From: Sedimentisphaerales bacterium | GTDB taxonomy: Bacteria > Planctomycetota > Phycisphaerae > Sedimentisphaerales > UBA12454 | Length of the DNA stretch: 64,000 nt | Direction: 5' to 3' | NCBI GenBank assembly: GCA_050014075.1 | Contig: JBEKEA010000002.1 | Location: forward strand, 26,860-90,859 | Part shown: positions 36,074 to 44,840 of the stretch, piece after piece | Position numbering within the stretch: the first letter of the stretch is position 1 | How the letters are laid out: the number at the start of each line of letters is the position of its first letter | Position numbers and translations under genes: made by a program | The notes under the pieces: generated by a model | The model's database searches: none | The model's input: the letters and a program-made list of their open reading frames with translations, nothing else | Told to the model about the DNA's origin: nothing

Positions 36074-37186
36074 ATGAGGAATAAACGGTTATTTATTTGT
36101 GCAGGTTCTACGGTTATTATTTTCATCAGCAGTTTTGCCTGCGCATATAATCAGGTTATAGACCTTGGAACGCTGGGCGGCAGTATCAGCACTGCGTATT
36201 CCATAAATGACAGCGGACAAATTGTCGGGCGGGCTTATAATAGTTCCGGCACATGGCGAGCGTGTCTTTTTGATTCAACGGGGGGCGGCAGAAATACAGA
36301 CCTGGGAACGCCCGGCAGCAATGAAAGTTACGCATATTCAATCAACAACAGCGGACAGATTGTCGGCAACGGACGATACAGTCCGACAAATTACGATTAT
36401 CGTGCCAGTCTTTTTGATAACACTGGAAACGGCAATAATACAGACCTGGGAACATTCGGCGGAAATCAAAGTTACGCCTTGTATATCAATAACAGCGGAC
36501 GGATTGTCGGCAGCGCTTACAACAGTTCCGGCTATGCGTACGCCTGTCTTTTCGATAAGACTGGCGCCGGCCACAATGTCAGCCTTGGCACACTGGGCGG
36601 CAATTATAGTGAAGGCTGGTCAATCAACAACAGCAATCAGATTGTCGGCTGGGCATCGGATAGTTTGAGCCAGCAGCGAGCCTGTCTATTTGACAACACC
36701 GGCGGCGGACACAATATCGACCTTGGGACGCTGGGCGGCAGTCAAAGCAAAGCCTGGTCAAACAACGACAGTGAACAAATTGTCGGACATGCTTACATTA
36801 GTTCAGGTAACTGGCATGCGTGTCTTTTTAACGCTGCCGGAAACGGGGCAAATATCGACCTTGGAACGCTGGGAGGGACTGATAGTATCGCTTATTCCAA
36901 TAACGACATTGGGCAGATTGTAGGCTATTCTACAATAAATGGCGGCAGCAATTGGCACGCCTGTCTTTTTGATTCGACAGGAAACGGGAATAATATTGAT
37001 CTGAACAATTTAATAGACCCCGCATCCGGCTGGGTGCTGCAGGCGGCACAAGACATAAATAACAACGGCTTGATTGTGGGCTTTGGAATTCATAACGGCC
37101 AGGATCACGCGTTTCTGCTTGTTCCTGAGCCTGCGACGCTTTTACTGATTGGATTGGGTGCGGTGATGCTAAGAAAAAAACATTAA
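36074..37186 (+). CDS. PEP-CTERM-anchored HAF-repeat extracellular protein
   Basis: About 8 repeats of LGTLGGxxSxAxxINxSGQIVG...ACLFD. C-terminus DHAFLLVPEPATLLLIGLGAVMLRKKH. Confidence 0.8.
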   Translation: MRNKRLFICAGSTVIIFISSFACAYNQVIDLGTLGGSISTAYSINDSGQIVGRAYNSSGTWRACLFDSTGGGRNTDLGTPGSNESYAYSINNSGQIVGNGRYSPTNYDYRASLFDNTGNGNNTDLGTFGGNQSYALYINNSGRIVGSAYNSSGYAYACLFDKTGAGHNVSLGTLGGNYSEGWSINNSNQIVGWASDSLSQQRACLFDNTGGGHNIDLGTLGGSQSKAWSNNDSEQIVGHAYISSGNWHACLFNAAGNGANIDLGTLGGTDSIAYSNNDIGQIVGYSTINGGSNWHACLFDSTGNGNNIDLNNLIDPASGWVLQAAQDINNNGLIVGFGIHNGQDHAFLLVPEPATLLLIGLGAVMLRKKH

Positions 37187-37225
37187 GAACGTCCAACATT
37201 GAACACTGAACATTTAACTTTGAAT
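37187..37225. repeat. heptad element, TGAACAY family
   Basis: GAACGTCCAACATTGAACACTGAACATTTAACTTTGAATG is about 90 percent identical by eye to 58706-58743. Confidence 0.85.
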
Positions 37226-37303
37226 GTGGAACCGCCGAGGCGGGAAATTTTGTCGTTGAGTTTAGTGGAACCGCCGAGGCGGGAAATTTTGTCGTTGAGT
37301 TTA
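37226..37303. repeat. perfect 39-bp tandem duplication
   Basis: GTGGAACCGCCGAGGCGGGAAATTTTGTCGTTGAGTTTA occurs twice (37226-37264 and 37265-37303). Each copy carries a CCGC-CGAG-GCGG mini-hairpin. Confidence 0.95.
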
Positions 37304-37376
37304 AAAGAAGGGGAGATATAATTTTTTTGTTGCGTAGTATAGTCAGACAACAGAAACAAAAGACCGGGTGTGAATA

Positions 37377-37721
37377 ATGTATGAACATCGTTCAGAACCG
37401 CTGCTGCCGATAAGGCAGTTTATTTATCGATTTCTCCGGCATTTTTTGCTTGCGCTGGTTGTTATCGCCTTTGCGCTGGGGATAGGCATAATCGGCTATC
37501 ATCATTTTGGGGAACTTTCATGGATTGACTCTTTTCTCAATGCCGCGATGATTCTCGGAGGGATGGGGCCTGTCAATGAACTGCATTCGTCAGCGGCTAA
37601 GTTATTTGCCGGCTGCTATGCACTCTTTGCGGGACTTGGATTCATTGCCATTGCCGGTATCCTTATATTGCCGTTTGCACACCGATTTCTCCATACTCTC
37701 CATTTAGACGACCACGATTAA
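37377..37721 (+). CDS. small integral membrane protein, unknown function
   Basis: 114 aa with about 3 hydrophobic segments. No recognisable motif. Confidence 0.45.
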   Translation: MYEHRSEPLLPIRQFIYRFLRHFLLALVVIAFALGIGIIGYHHFGELSWIDSFLNAAMILGGMGPVNELHSSAAKLFAGCYALFAGLGFIAIAGILILPFAHRFLHTLHLDDHD

Positions 37722-37736
37722 AAGGAATAAGAAAGT

Positions 37737-37846
37737 GAAATCCGAAATACGAATATCGAAATCCGAAACAAATCAGAAATTCAAAATTTCAATGTTCAAA
37801 ACACACCAAAAACGACGAACCCCCACTAAAAGTGGGGGCTAAACAG
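37737..37846. repeat. heptad run (GAAATMC units) followed by ACGACGAAC-hairpin-GCTAAAC module
   Basis: Reads gaaatcc gaaatac gaatatc gaaatcc gaaacaa atcagaa attcaaa atttcaa tgttcaa. Then AACGACGAA, stem CCCCCACT (37820-37827) pairing with AGTGGGGG (37831-38), then CTAAAC. Confidence 0.8.
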
Positions 37847-37904
37847 GCGGGATAATCGATTATTTAATAATTGACAAATTATGGGGGATTGTTAGGATTA
37901 TAAT

Positions 37905-37942
37905 CAGATTACAGATAACAGATTATAGATTATAGTTAATAG
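37905..37942. repeat. heptad element, CAGATWA unit
   Basis: Reads cagatta cagataa cagatta tagatta tagttaa tag, just upstream of thrS. Confidence 0.75.
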
Positions 37943-37982
37943 AAAACTGAAATATTATTTAGGTTGAAAGACCAGAATATCG

Positions 37983-39902
37983 ATGGCGAAAGTAACACTG
38001 CCTGACGGCAAAGTATTGGATGTTCAAGACGGCCTGACAATCGGTCAGGTAGCGGAAAAAATAGGCAAGGGACTGGCCCGCGACGCAGTTGCCGGCAAAA
38101 TAAACGGCCAAACGGTCGATTTAAACACACCAATTAAAACAGATGTTTCCCTTTCAATTATAACAGTCAACAAACCTGACGGGCTGGAGATAATCCGACA
38201 TAGCTGCGCTCACGTTATGGCTGAGGCGATTTGCAGTATCTGGCCGAAGGCACAGCTCGTTTACGGGCCGACGGTCGAGGATGGGTTCTATTACGATATC
38301 GACCTTGACGACCCGATTCGGCCGGAAGATTTTGAAAAAATCGAAAAGAAAATGGCTGAAATAGCCGAGAAGAATGTGCCGATTACCCGGCGGGAATTGA
38401 GCAGAGGCGAAGCAGTCAAGCACGTCGCAGGCAATAAATATAAAATCGATAATATAAACCGCGCGACGGACGATACGATAAGTTTCTATTCGCACGGCGG
38501 TGGGTTCGAGGATTTGTGCAGGGGGCCGCACGTTCCGAGCACGGGCAAAATCGGATTCTTTAAGATTATGTCGGTGTCGGGGGCATACTTTCACGGCGAC
38601 CAGGCACAGAAAATGCTGCAGCGGGTTTACGGCACCGCGTGGGCGACGAAAAAAGAACTCGATGAATATCTGCACAGGCTCGAAGAGGCGAAGAAACGCG
38701 ACCATCGGTTCCTCGGCAAGCAACTCGATATTTACAGCGTGCACGACGATATCGGGCCGGGGCTGATACTTTGGCATCAGAATGGGTCGCTGATTCGGCA
38801 TATAATCGAGACGTTCTGGAAAGAAGAACATCTTAAACGCGGATACGATCTTATTTACACGCCGCACATTGCGACGGAAAAGATTTATCAGAAAAGCGGA
38901 CATCTGGAAAAATACTCAGAGATGATGTATGCACCGATGAAAATCGACGAGATGAATTATTATCTCAAGCCGATGAACTGTCCGGGCCATTATATGATTT
39001 ATAATAACAGTCCGCGGAGCTATCGCGATTTGCCGATGCGGTTCTGCGAATTGGGAATGGTGTATCGTTATGAGCCGAGCGGGACGCTGCACGGGATGCT
39101 GCGGGTTCGCGGGTTTACGCAGGACGATGCTCATACTTTCTGCACGCCGGGGCAGCTTGGGCAGGAGCTTGACCTGATTCTTGAACTGATGAATTTTATG
39201 ATGGTAACGTTCGGATATACTTATAAGGCGTATCTTGCGACTCGGCCGGCGAAATTTCTCGGCACGGAAGAGGAATGGGACCGGGCGACGAAAGAATTGC
39301 GGCTGGCGATGGAGAGACGCGGGCTGAAGTATGAAGTCGATGAAGGCGGCGGAGTGTTTTACGCGCCGAAGATTGATATTAAGCTGATTGATTCGCTGGG
39401 GCGCGAATGGCAGGGGCCGACACATCAGGTTGATTTGCAGGCGGCAAAGAGATTCGATATTCGATATGTCGGCGAAGATAATGCGCTGCACGAGCCGGTG
39501 ATTATTCATCGGACGGTGCTGGGCAGTATGGAGCGGTTCATCGGCGGATTGATTGAGCATTACGGCGGCAATTTCCCGCTGTGGCTGTCGCCGGAGCAGA
39601 TGAGGGTGCTGACTATCAGCGAAAAGTCAAACGATTACGCGCAAAAGCTGCACCAGAGATTGAAAGCTGAAGGATTGCGGTGCGGGATTGATATGTCCGA
39701 CGAAAAAGTCGGAGCGAAAATTATCCGGGCGCATAATGCAAAGACACCTTATATGCTTGTAGTCGGACCGAAAGAGGCAGAAACCCAAAGCGTAAGTGTC
39801 AGGATTCGCGGAGGCAACGAGAGCAAGAGCGTCAGCGTAGAGCAATTTGTCGCCGCGGCAAAAGAGAAAATTACTTCTAAAACACAGGATATAAATTTAT
39901 AA
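37983..39902 (+). CDS. thrS: threonyl-tRNA synthetase
   Basis: 639 aa with an N-terminal TGS domain, an editing-domain HSCAHVMA motif, a class II core and a C-terminal anticodon-binding domain. Confidence 0.97.
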   Translation: MAKVTLPDGKVLDVQDGLTIGQVAEKIGKGLARDAVAGKINGQTVDLNTPIKTDVSLSIITVNKPDGLEIIRHSCAHVMAEAICSIWPKAQLVYGPTVEDGFYYDIDLDDPIRPEDFEKIEKKMAEIAEKNVPITRRELSRGEAVKHVAGNKYKIDNINRATDDTISFYSHGGGFEDLCRGPHVPSTGKIGFFKIMSVSGAYFHGDQAQKMLQRVYGTAWATKKELDEYLHRLEEAKKRDHRFLGKQLDIYSVHDDIGPGLILWHQNGSLIRHIIETFWKEEHLKRGYDLIYTPHIATEKIYQKSGHLEKYSEMMYAPMKIDEMNYYLKPMNCPGHYMIYNNSPRSYRDLPMRFCELGMVYRYEPSGTLHGMLRVRGFTQDDAHTFCTPGQLGQELDLILELMNFMMVTFGYTYKAYLATRPAKFLGTEEEWDRATKELRLAMERRGLKYEVDEGGGVFYAPKIDIKLIDSLGREWQGPTHQVDLQAAKRFDIRYVGEDNALHEPVIIHRTVLGSMERFIGGLIEHYGGNFPLWLSPEQMRVLTISEKSNDYAQKLHQRLKAEGLRCGIDMSDEKVGAKIIRAHNAKTPYMLVVGPKEAETQSVSVRIRGGNESKSVSVEQFVAAAKEKITSKTQDINL

Positions 39903-39943
39903 CAGGATGCTTATAAAATTATTGAGATTGAAAGGGAAATAAT

Positions 39944-40453
39944 ATCAGCAAGATAAAACTAAAAGTCAATGGGCAAATCAGCGCCAATCCGGTCCGCCTT
40001 ATATCGGCGGATAACGCTCAAATTGGAGTTGTGAGCATCAGCGAGGCTCTTGAACAGGCCAAACAGGCGGAGCTGGACCTGGTTGAGATTGCTCCGGAAG
40101 GCAGCCCGCCGGTGTGCAGGATAATGGATTTCGGCAAGTATCTGTATGCTCTGAAAAGAAAAGAAAAACAAAATATGAAAAAGCAGCATGTAGTTACTTT
40201 GAAAGAAATCCGGCTGCGGCCAAAGACAGACCCGCACGACTGCGAAACGAAAATAAATCATGCCCGCGAATTTTTCAAGAAGGGGCACAAGGTGCAGTTT
40301 ACGATGATGTTCAAAGGACGCGAGATGATGCATGTTGATCTTGGACAGGCGATGATGAACAAAATTGTCGCGTCGCTGGAAGACGTTTCAAAAGTCGAAC
40401 ATCCTGCGTCTGTGCTGGGCAAAAGAATGACAGTGATAATGGTTCCCAAATAG
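39944..40453 (+). CDS. infC: translation initiation factor IF-3, probable non-AUG (AUC) start
   Basis: The ORF track starts at an internal GTG (40031), but the frame is open from 39932 and encodes ISKIKLKVNGQISANPVRLISADNAQIGV, the conserved IF-3 N-domain. There is no in-frame ATG, GTG or TTG upstream. AAAGGGA lies 6 nt before the ATC at 39944. Confidence 0.85.
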   Translation: MSKIKLKVNGQISANPVRLISADNAQIGVVSISEALEQAKQAELDLVEIAPEGSPPVCRIMDFGKYLYALKRKEKQNMKKQHVVTLKEIRLRPKTDPHDCETKINHAREFFKKGHKVQFTMMFKGREMMHVDLGQAMMNKIVASLEDVSKVEHPASVLGKRMTVIMVPK

Positions 40454-40563
40454 CCGGCAGAACAAGGGCGAAGAAAACAAAAGTAAATTGTTGACGCTGC
40501 GACGAAAGGTTGCTAAAATACTAATCTTTAATTTTTAAAACAAGAGATGTAAGGTTTAGAAAT

Positions 40564-40761
40564 ATGCCAAAGATGAAAACCCATAAGGGATTGAAGAAAC
40601 GCGTAAAAGTAACGGCCAGCGGTAAAGTTATGGCTCATAAGAGCTTTAAGGGGCACCTGATGACTGGAAAATCAGCCAAAAGGCGCCGCCGACTGGATAA
40701 ACCAATGATCATTACCGAAGTATATGCAAAATGTATGCGGGAAATGCTCAACCAGCATTAA
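40564..40761 (+). CDS. rpmI: 50S ribosomal protein L35
   Basis: [22 protein letters not shown]..., 65 aa, in the canonical position after infC. Confidence 0.95.
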   Translation: MPKMKTHKGLKKRVKVTASGKVMAHKSFKGHLMTGKSAKRRRRLDKPMIITEVYAKCMREMLNQH

Positions 40762-40776
40762 TAAAGGAAGGCTGAT

Positions 40777-41133
40777 ATGCCACGAGTAAAAAAAGGGTCA
40801 GCAACCCGAAAAGCAAGAAAACGAGTCATGAAACGCATGAGCGGCCACCGAGGCGACGTCAGCAGGAATTACCATCTTGCCAAAGAGAGCGGAATAAGGT
40901 CTGAAGTATTCGCCAGAGTCGGACGCAAACAAAAGAAAAGACAATTCCGAAGACTGTGGATAATACGATTGAACGCAGCCTGCACAATGCGGAAAATTCG
41001 ATACGGCCAGTTTATCAACGGATGCAAAAAAGCCGCTATCGGGCTTAATAGAAAAATGCTCAGTGAAATAGCAATCGCCGACCCGGCCGCTTTCGATGTC
41101 ATAGTTGAAAAGGCGCGAGCCGCTTGTGCTTGA
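40777..41133 (+). CDS. rplT: 50S ribosomal protein L20
   Basis: MPRVKKGSATRKARKRVMK...RQFRRLWIIRLNAA, 118 aa. Confidence 0.95.
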   Translation: MPRVKKGSATRKARKRVMKRMSGHRGDVSRNYHLAKESGIRSEVFARVGRKQKKRQFRRLWIIRLNAACTMRKIRYGQFINGCKKAAIGLNRKMLSEIAIADPAAFDVIVEKARAACA

Positions 41134-42115
41134 GAAATTCAGACAAATCGGTAAGGACGCTCTTGAATCGCTCAAAAAGGTAACGAACCCGGCACAACTC
41201 GAAGAATACCGCATCCGTTTCCTTTCGCGAAAAGGAGCGGTAACAGAAATGCTGAGCCAAATCGGACAAGCTCTCCCTGAACAGCGAAAAGAAGCCGGGG
41301 CACTTGCCAATAAAATCAAACAGGAAGTAACCGAGGCGTTCGAACTTCTCAAAACAACCCTGCAGGGCGCAGGCACACAAAAAGGACCTATCATTGATGT
41401 AACTTTGCCGGGAGTGGAATTTGAAAAAGGCAAAGCACATATAATAACGCAAACCATAAATGAACTGCTCGAAATATTCGGCAGAATGGGATTCGCTATC
41501 GCATACGGGCCGGAAGTTGAGGATGAATGGCATAACTTCGTCGCGCTGAATATACCGGCCGGACACCCTGCAAGAGACCCTTCAGATAATTTCTGCATAG
41601 ATAATAATAAACTGCTGCGAAGCCAGACATCGACGATTCAAATTCGCACGATGGAAAAACAAAAGCCGCCGATAAGAGTTGTCGCGCCGGGCAGAGTTTA
41701 CCGGCCTGATACGGTTGACGCGACGCATATGTTTATGTTCCATCAGCTCGAGGCACTGGTGGTCGATGAAGGCATTTCAATGGTCGATATGAAAAGCACC
41801 ATCGCGCAATTTATCGCAGTATTTTTCGGAAAAGACGTCAAGTGGAGACTTCGTCCGAGCTTTTTCCCGTTCACTGAGCCAAGCGCAGAAGTGGATTTAC
41901 TGTTCGTCGCAAATGACGGCACAGAAAAATGGATCGAAGTTGGCGGATGCGGAATGGTTGACCCGAATGTTCTTAACGCGGTCAATATCGACAGCGAAAA
42001 ATATACCGGCTGGGCGTTCGGGTTCGGAATCGAACGGCTTGCAATGCGAAAATACGGCATTACAGATATAAGACTATTTATCGAAAACGATATCCGCTTC
42101 CTTAAACAGTTCTAA
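41126..42115 (+). CDS. pheS: phenylalanyl-tRNA synthetase alpha subunit
   Basis: Class II motifs (FRPSFFPFTEPSAEVD, GWAFGFGIERLAM). The GTG at 41126 is preferred, giving (M)LEKFRQIGKDAL and overlapping the rplT stop. The track's TTG at 41105 is also possible. Confidence 0.93.
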   Translation: MLEKFRQIGKDALESLKKVTNPAQLEEYRIRFLSRKGAVTEMLSQIGQALPEQRKEAGALANKIKQEVTEAFELLKTTLQGAGTQKGPIIDVTLPGVEFEKGKAHIITQTINELLEIFGRMGFAIAYGPEVEDEWHNFVALNIPAGHPARDPSDNFCIDNNKLLRSQTSTIQIRTMEKQKPPIRVVAPGRVYRPDTVDATHMFMFHQLEALVVDEGISMVDMKSTIAQFIAVFFGKDVKWRLRPSFFPFTEPSAEVDLLFVANDGTEKWIEVGGCGMVDPNVLNAVNIDSEKYTGWAFGFGIERLAMRKYGITDIRLFIENDIRFLKQF

Positions 42116-42926
42116 TACCTTTTGCGGCGAGGCGTTCTGCGGTTTTTGATTCAACTTCCTTTGTAAGTAATTCTTTGTCAAGCGGGGGTTGCTGCTGCGC
42201 GAGATAAGAGGTTAAAAAATGCGTTTTGTCGGCATCGGTTAAACTTTCACGAAGCATATTTATCTGCACAAGGTTTTTTATCCTTAACCGCATAGGCAGC
42301 TTATTAAATTTTTTCGTCCTCTCGTTGTCGAGAAAAATAAAATCGTATTTACCGTCCTGTTTTGGATTCGACAAGCTCACCACAGGTTTTACCAAAACGT
42401 TGCCGAGGCGTAAATCGCCGTGGGAAAAGCCCTGATTGTGCATCCTGCCGACGGTTTGGCCGAATTGCTCCATCAATTCTCTTTTTTCAGAATCCGCCAG
42501 TTTAATAAACAATTGGTAAATGGGCAGACAATCCTGAATTTCGGTCGTGATTAGAAAATCGGCGGTTATAAAGCCGGCAAAGGATTTTTGGCAGAGGGCG
42601 ACGGCGGGGGGAGTTGAAAAACCTTTTTCTCTCAGCATTCGGCCGGCCTTGAAGGCCCTGTCGGCTCTTGTAGAAATAAGGTTTTTTAGAATATCAGAAA
42701 AATTGCGATTGAGATAACGCTTGAGGATGAGATTATATACTTTCGACCTGAATAAAACAGAGAATTTTAAAACGGAGGCGAATTTTGAGGATGTTAGTTT
42801 TTCAAAAGAGCTTCTATGGCCGTTGGGAAACTGAACCTCAGATAAAATTACAGATTCAAAACCAGACGGGAAATCATCGGCGAGTTTAATTTTCCAGCCG
42901 GCCAGTTTGATTGTGCTGTAAGTCAT
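42102..42926 (-). CDS. lipopolysaccharide (Kdo/WaaP/InaA-family) kinase
   Basis: Contains HNQGFSHGDLRLGNVLV and FIFLDNERT, a protein-kinase-like catalytic loop plus DxD. Its 3' end overlaps the pheS 3' end by 14 nt (convergent). Confidence 0.7.
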   Translation of the reverse strand: MTYSTIKLAGWKIKLADDFPSGFESVILSEVQFPNGHRSSFEKLTSSKFASVLKFSVLFRSKVYNLILKRYLNRNFSDILKNLISTRADRAFKAGRMLREKGFSTPPAVALCQKSFAGFITADFLITTEIQDCLPIYQLFIKLADSEKRELMEQFGQTVGRMHNQGFSHGDLRLGNVLVKPVVSLSNPKQDGKYDFIFLDNERTKKFNKLPMRLRIKNLVQINMLRESLTDADKTHFLTSYLAQQQPPLDKELLTKEVESKTAERLAAKGIRTV

Positions 42927-42937
42927 AACAGAATCTT

Positions 42938-43774
42938 TTAATAGCCGAGGACGGCGATGCCGAGTTTGTTCGCGAGTTCTATCGTTTCGGGCTTATCGAT
43001 AATAATTGTTTTTCCTGCTTCGACAACCAGACAGGAAGCGCCGTTTTGAGACAGGGCTGTGATTGTATCAGGGCCGACGCAGGGGACATCGAAACGTAAA
43101 TCCTGGTCGGGCTTTGAGGCTTTTAAAAGAGTCCAGGCGCCTTTTTTGCAGGATTGGCCTGCGCGGACAATCATTTTTTCGGTGCCTTCAATCGCCTCGA
43201 CGGCAATTACGACTTTTTCCTTAACGGCAATGACTTGTCCAATGCCCATTTGCGCAATTGATTTGAGAAGCGGCCAGCCAAAGTCGATATCCTGCTGAAT
43301 GTCGGCTGGGGGCTTAATTTTTGTCATAACGCCTTTGTCGGCTAAATGCTCTTTACAATATTTTGTCGAGTCCTGCAAAATAATACCTCCGCAGGCAAGC
43401 TCATCGGCCAAGGCCTGCAACATCACCTGGTCAGTTTTATTTTTTCCCCTCAGACGCCAGTAAAAAATTCTAAGCGCCCGCCAGTCGGGCAGATATTTCA
43501 AAATCCGCCAGGGCGTAAAAAGTTTATCTTTGTGAACTTTGCCTACCAAAATGGCGTCGGTAACACCCTGGTTTTTTAATTTTCTAATCCAGGCGCCCGG
43601 ACGGGCAAGCGGAACCTGCGAATAATAATCAACTCCATCAGCAAGTGCCGGGTCGGGATTATCGCCAAGGCCGGTGCAAACGACGCGGCAGCCTGCCTGC
43701 TTTGCGCCCTGAGCAACGAGAAAGGGCAGCCTTCCTGCGCCCGCTATCAGACCTATAATTTTTTTATCACTCAT
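42938..43774 (-). CDS. lpxI: UDP-2,3-diacylglucosamine diphosphatase LpxI (DUF1009)
   Basis: IGLIAGAGRLPFLVAQGAKQAG N-terminus, about 278 aa, immediately downstream of and overlapping lpxD. Confidence 0.75.
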   Translation of the reverse strand: MSDKKIIGLIAGAGRLPFLVAQGAKQAGCRVVCTGLGDNPDPALADGVDYYSQVPLARPGAWIRKLKNQGVTDAILVGKVHKDKLFTPWRILKYLPDWRALRIFYWRLRGKNKTDQVMLQALADELACGGIILQDSTKYCKEHLADKGVMTKIKPPADIQQDIDFGWPLLKSIAQMGIGQVIAVKEKVVIAVEAIEGTEKMIVRAGQSCKKGAWTLLKASKPDQDLRFDVPCVGPDTITALSQNGASCLVVEAGKTIIIDKPETIELANKLGIAVLGY

Positions 43775-44813
43775 TATTAGAGGATTTTTTAAGGCGGCTA
43801 ATTGCCTTTTTCATTTCCGGCAGGTCCTGGATTAAGCTGTAAGCGCGTCTTGCCTTTGCGGCATCGATTGCCGGAGCGCCGACGACAGACTGGCCATCTG
43901 GAATATCGTTTATTACGCCGGCCTGGGCAGCAATCATAACGCAATTTCCGATTTTAATGTGTCCGACAATACCGACCTGAGCGGCAATGACGCAGTGATG
44001 GCCGATTGTCGTAGAGCCCGCGATGCCAATCTGGCCGACGAACAGACAATGGGGGCCGACTTTTGCGCCGTGGCCGATATCGATAAGGTCGCCGAATTTG
44101 CAGCCTTTGCCGATAATCGTATCGTCAATAGCGCCTCGCTGGATACAGCAATTTGCGCCGATTTCAACGTCGTCTTCGATTACAGCTCTTCCTATTTGCG
44201 GAATTTTGTGGTGTATGCCTTTATGCGTCGAGTAGCCGTAGCCGTCTTTGCCAATTGAGGCGTTTGAATTAATGATAACATTGTTGCCGAGTATGCTGCC
44301 ATCGTAAATCACAGCATTCGGATATAAAATGCAGTTGCTGCCGATTTTTGCATCAGGGCCGACGAATGCGCCGGGATAGATTATGGTATTTTCGCCGATA
44401 ACGGCGTTGTCGCATACGGTTGCGAAATCGTAAATGTTGCAGCCTTTACCGATGCGGGCTGTTTCAGCAATCGATGCTTTTTTCGAGATGCCGGTTTGTT
44501 TGTGCTGCCTGTGGCCGTAAAGAAGGATAGTGATTTGAGCATAGGCGTAATATGGGTCTTCGGCGATGAGCAGCGAGGCGGAGCAGGGAATGTCTTTGCC
44601 GACAATTATGGCGCCGGCTTTTGTGGTCGCAACGGCCTTTTCATATTTGGGATTGGATAGGAAACTTATGTCCGAAGTGGTTGCGCTGTCGAGTGTCGCG
44701 ACTGCAGAAATTACCATTTTCGCGTCGCCCTTGACCTTACCGCCTACATGCTGGGCCAGTTGTCCTAAAGTTTTAGTCTGCATTAGTGCCTTTTTTGTCC
44801 TTAATTCAAACAA
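43767..44813 (-). CDS. lpxD: UDP-3-O-acylglucosamine N-acyltransferase
   Basis: N-terminal LpxD domain (LGQLAQHVGGKVKGD...ISFLSNPKY) followed by a long left-handed beta-helix of hexapeptide repeats. Confidence 0.9.
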   Translation of the reverse strand: MFELRTKKALMQTKTLGQLAQHVGGKVKGDAKMVISAVATLDSATTSDISFLSNPKYEKAVATTKAGAIIVGKDIPCSASLLIAEDPYYAYAQITILLYGHRQHKQTGISKKASIAETARIGKGCNIYDFATVCDNAVIGENTIIYPGAFVGPDAKIGSNCILYPNAVIYDGSILGNNVIINSNASIGKDGYGYSTHKGIHHKIPQIGRAVIEDDVEIGANCCIQRGAIDDTIIGKGCKFGDLIDIGHGAKVGPHCLFVGQIGIAGSTTIGHHCVIAAQVGIVGHIKIGNCVMIAAQAGVINDIPDGQSVVGAPAIDAAKARRAYSLIQDLPEMKKAISRLKKSSNNE

Positions 44814-44840
44814 AGTATTATAACGCTTAATTACACAGGG

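Noticed and set aside
37187-37303. CRISPR array (also considered for the heptad sites)
   Set aside because: There are only two contiguous 39-bp copies with no spacers. The heptad runs are far too short-period. No cas genes are in the window.
38154-39560. Long minus-strand ORFs (249 aa and 214 aa) antisense to thrS
   Set aside because: They lie entirely within a confidently identified thrS gene. Their composition is low-complexity and R/P/H-rich, typical of the antisense frame of a real gene, and they have no start context.
40798-41598. 266-aa and 155-aa minus-strand ORFs antisense to rplT/pheS
   Set aside because: They overlap well-supported ribosomal-protein and synthetase genes, and the S/C/A-rich sequence has no recognisable motifs.
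42102-42115. Missing pheT after pheS as an anomaly
   Set aside because: pheS and pheT are unlinked in various bacteria. The convergent 14-nt overlap with the kinase gene is ordinary gene packing, and pheT is probably elsewhere in the genome.
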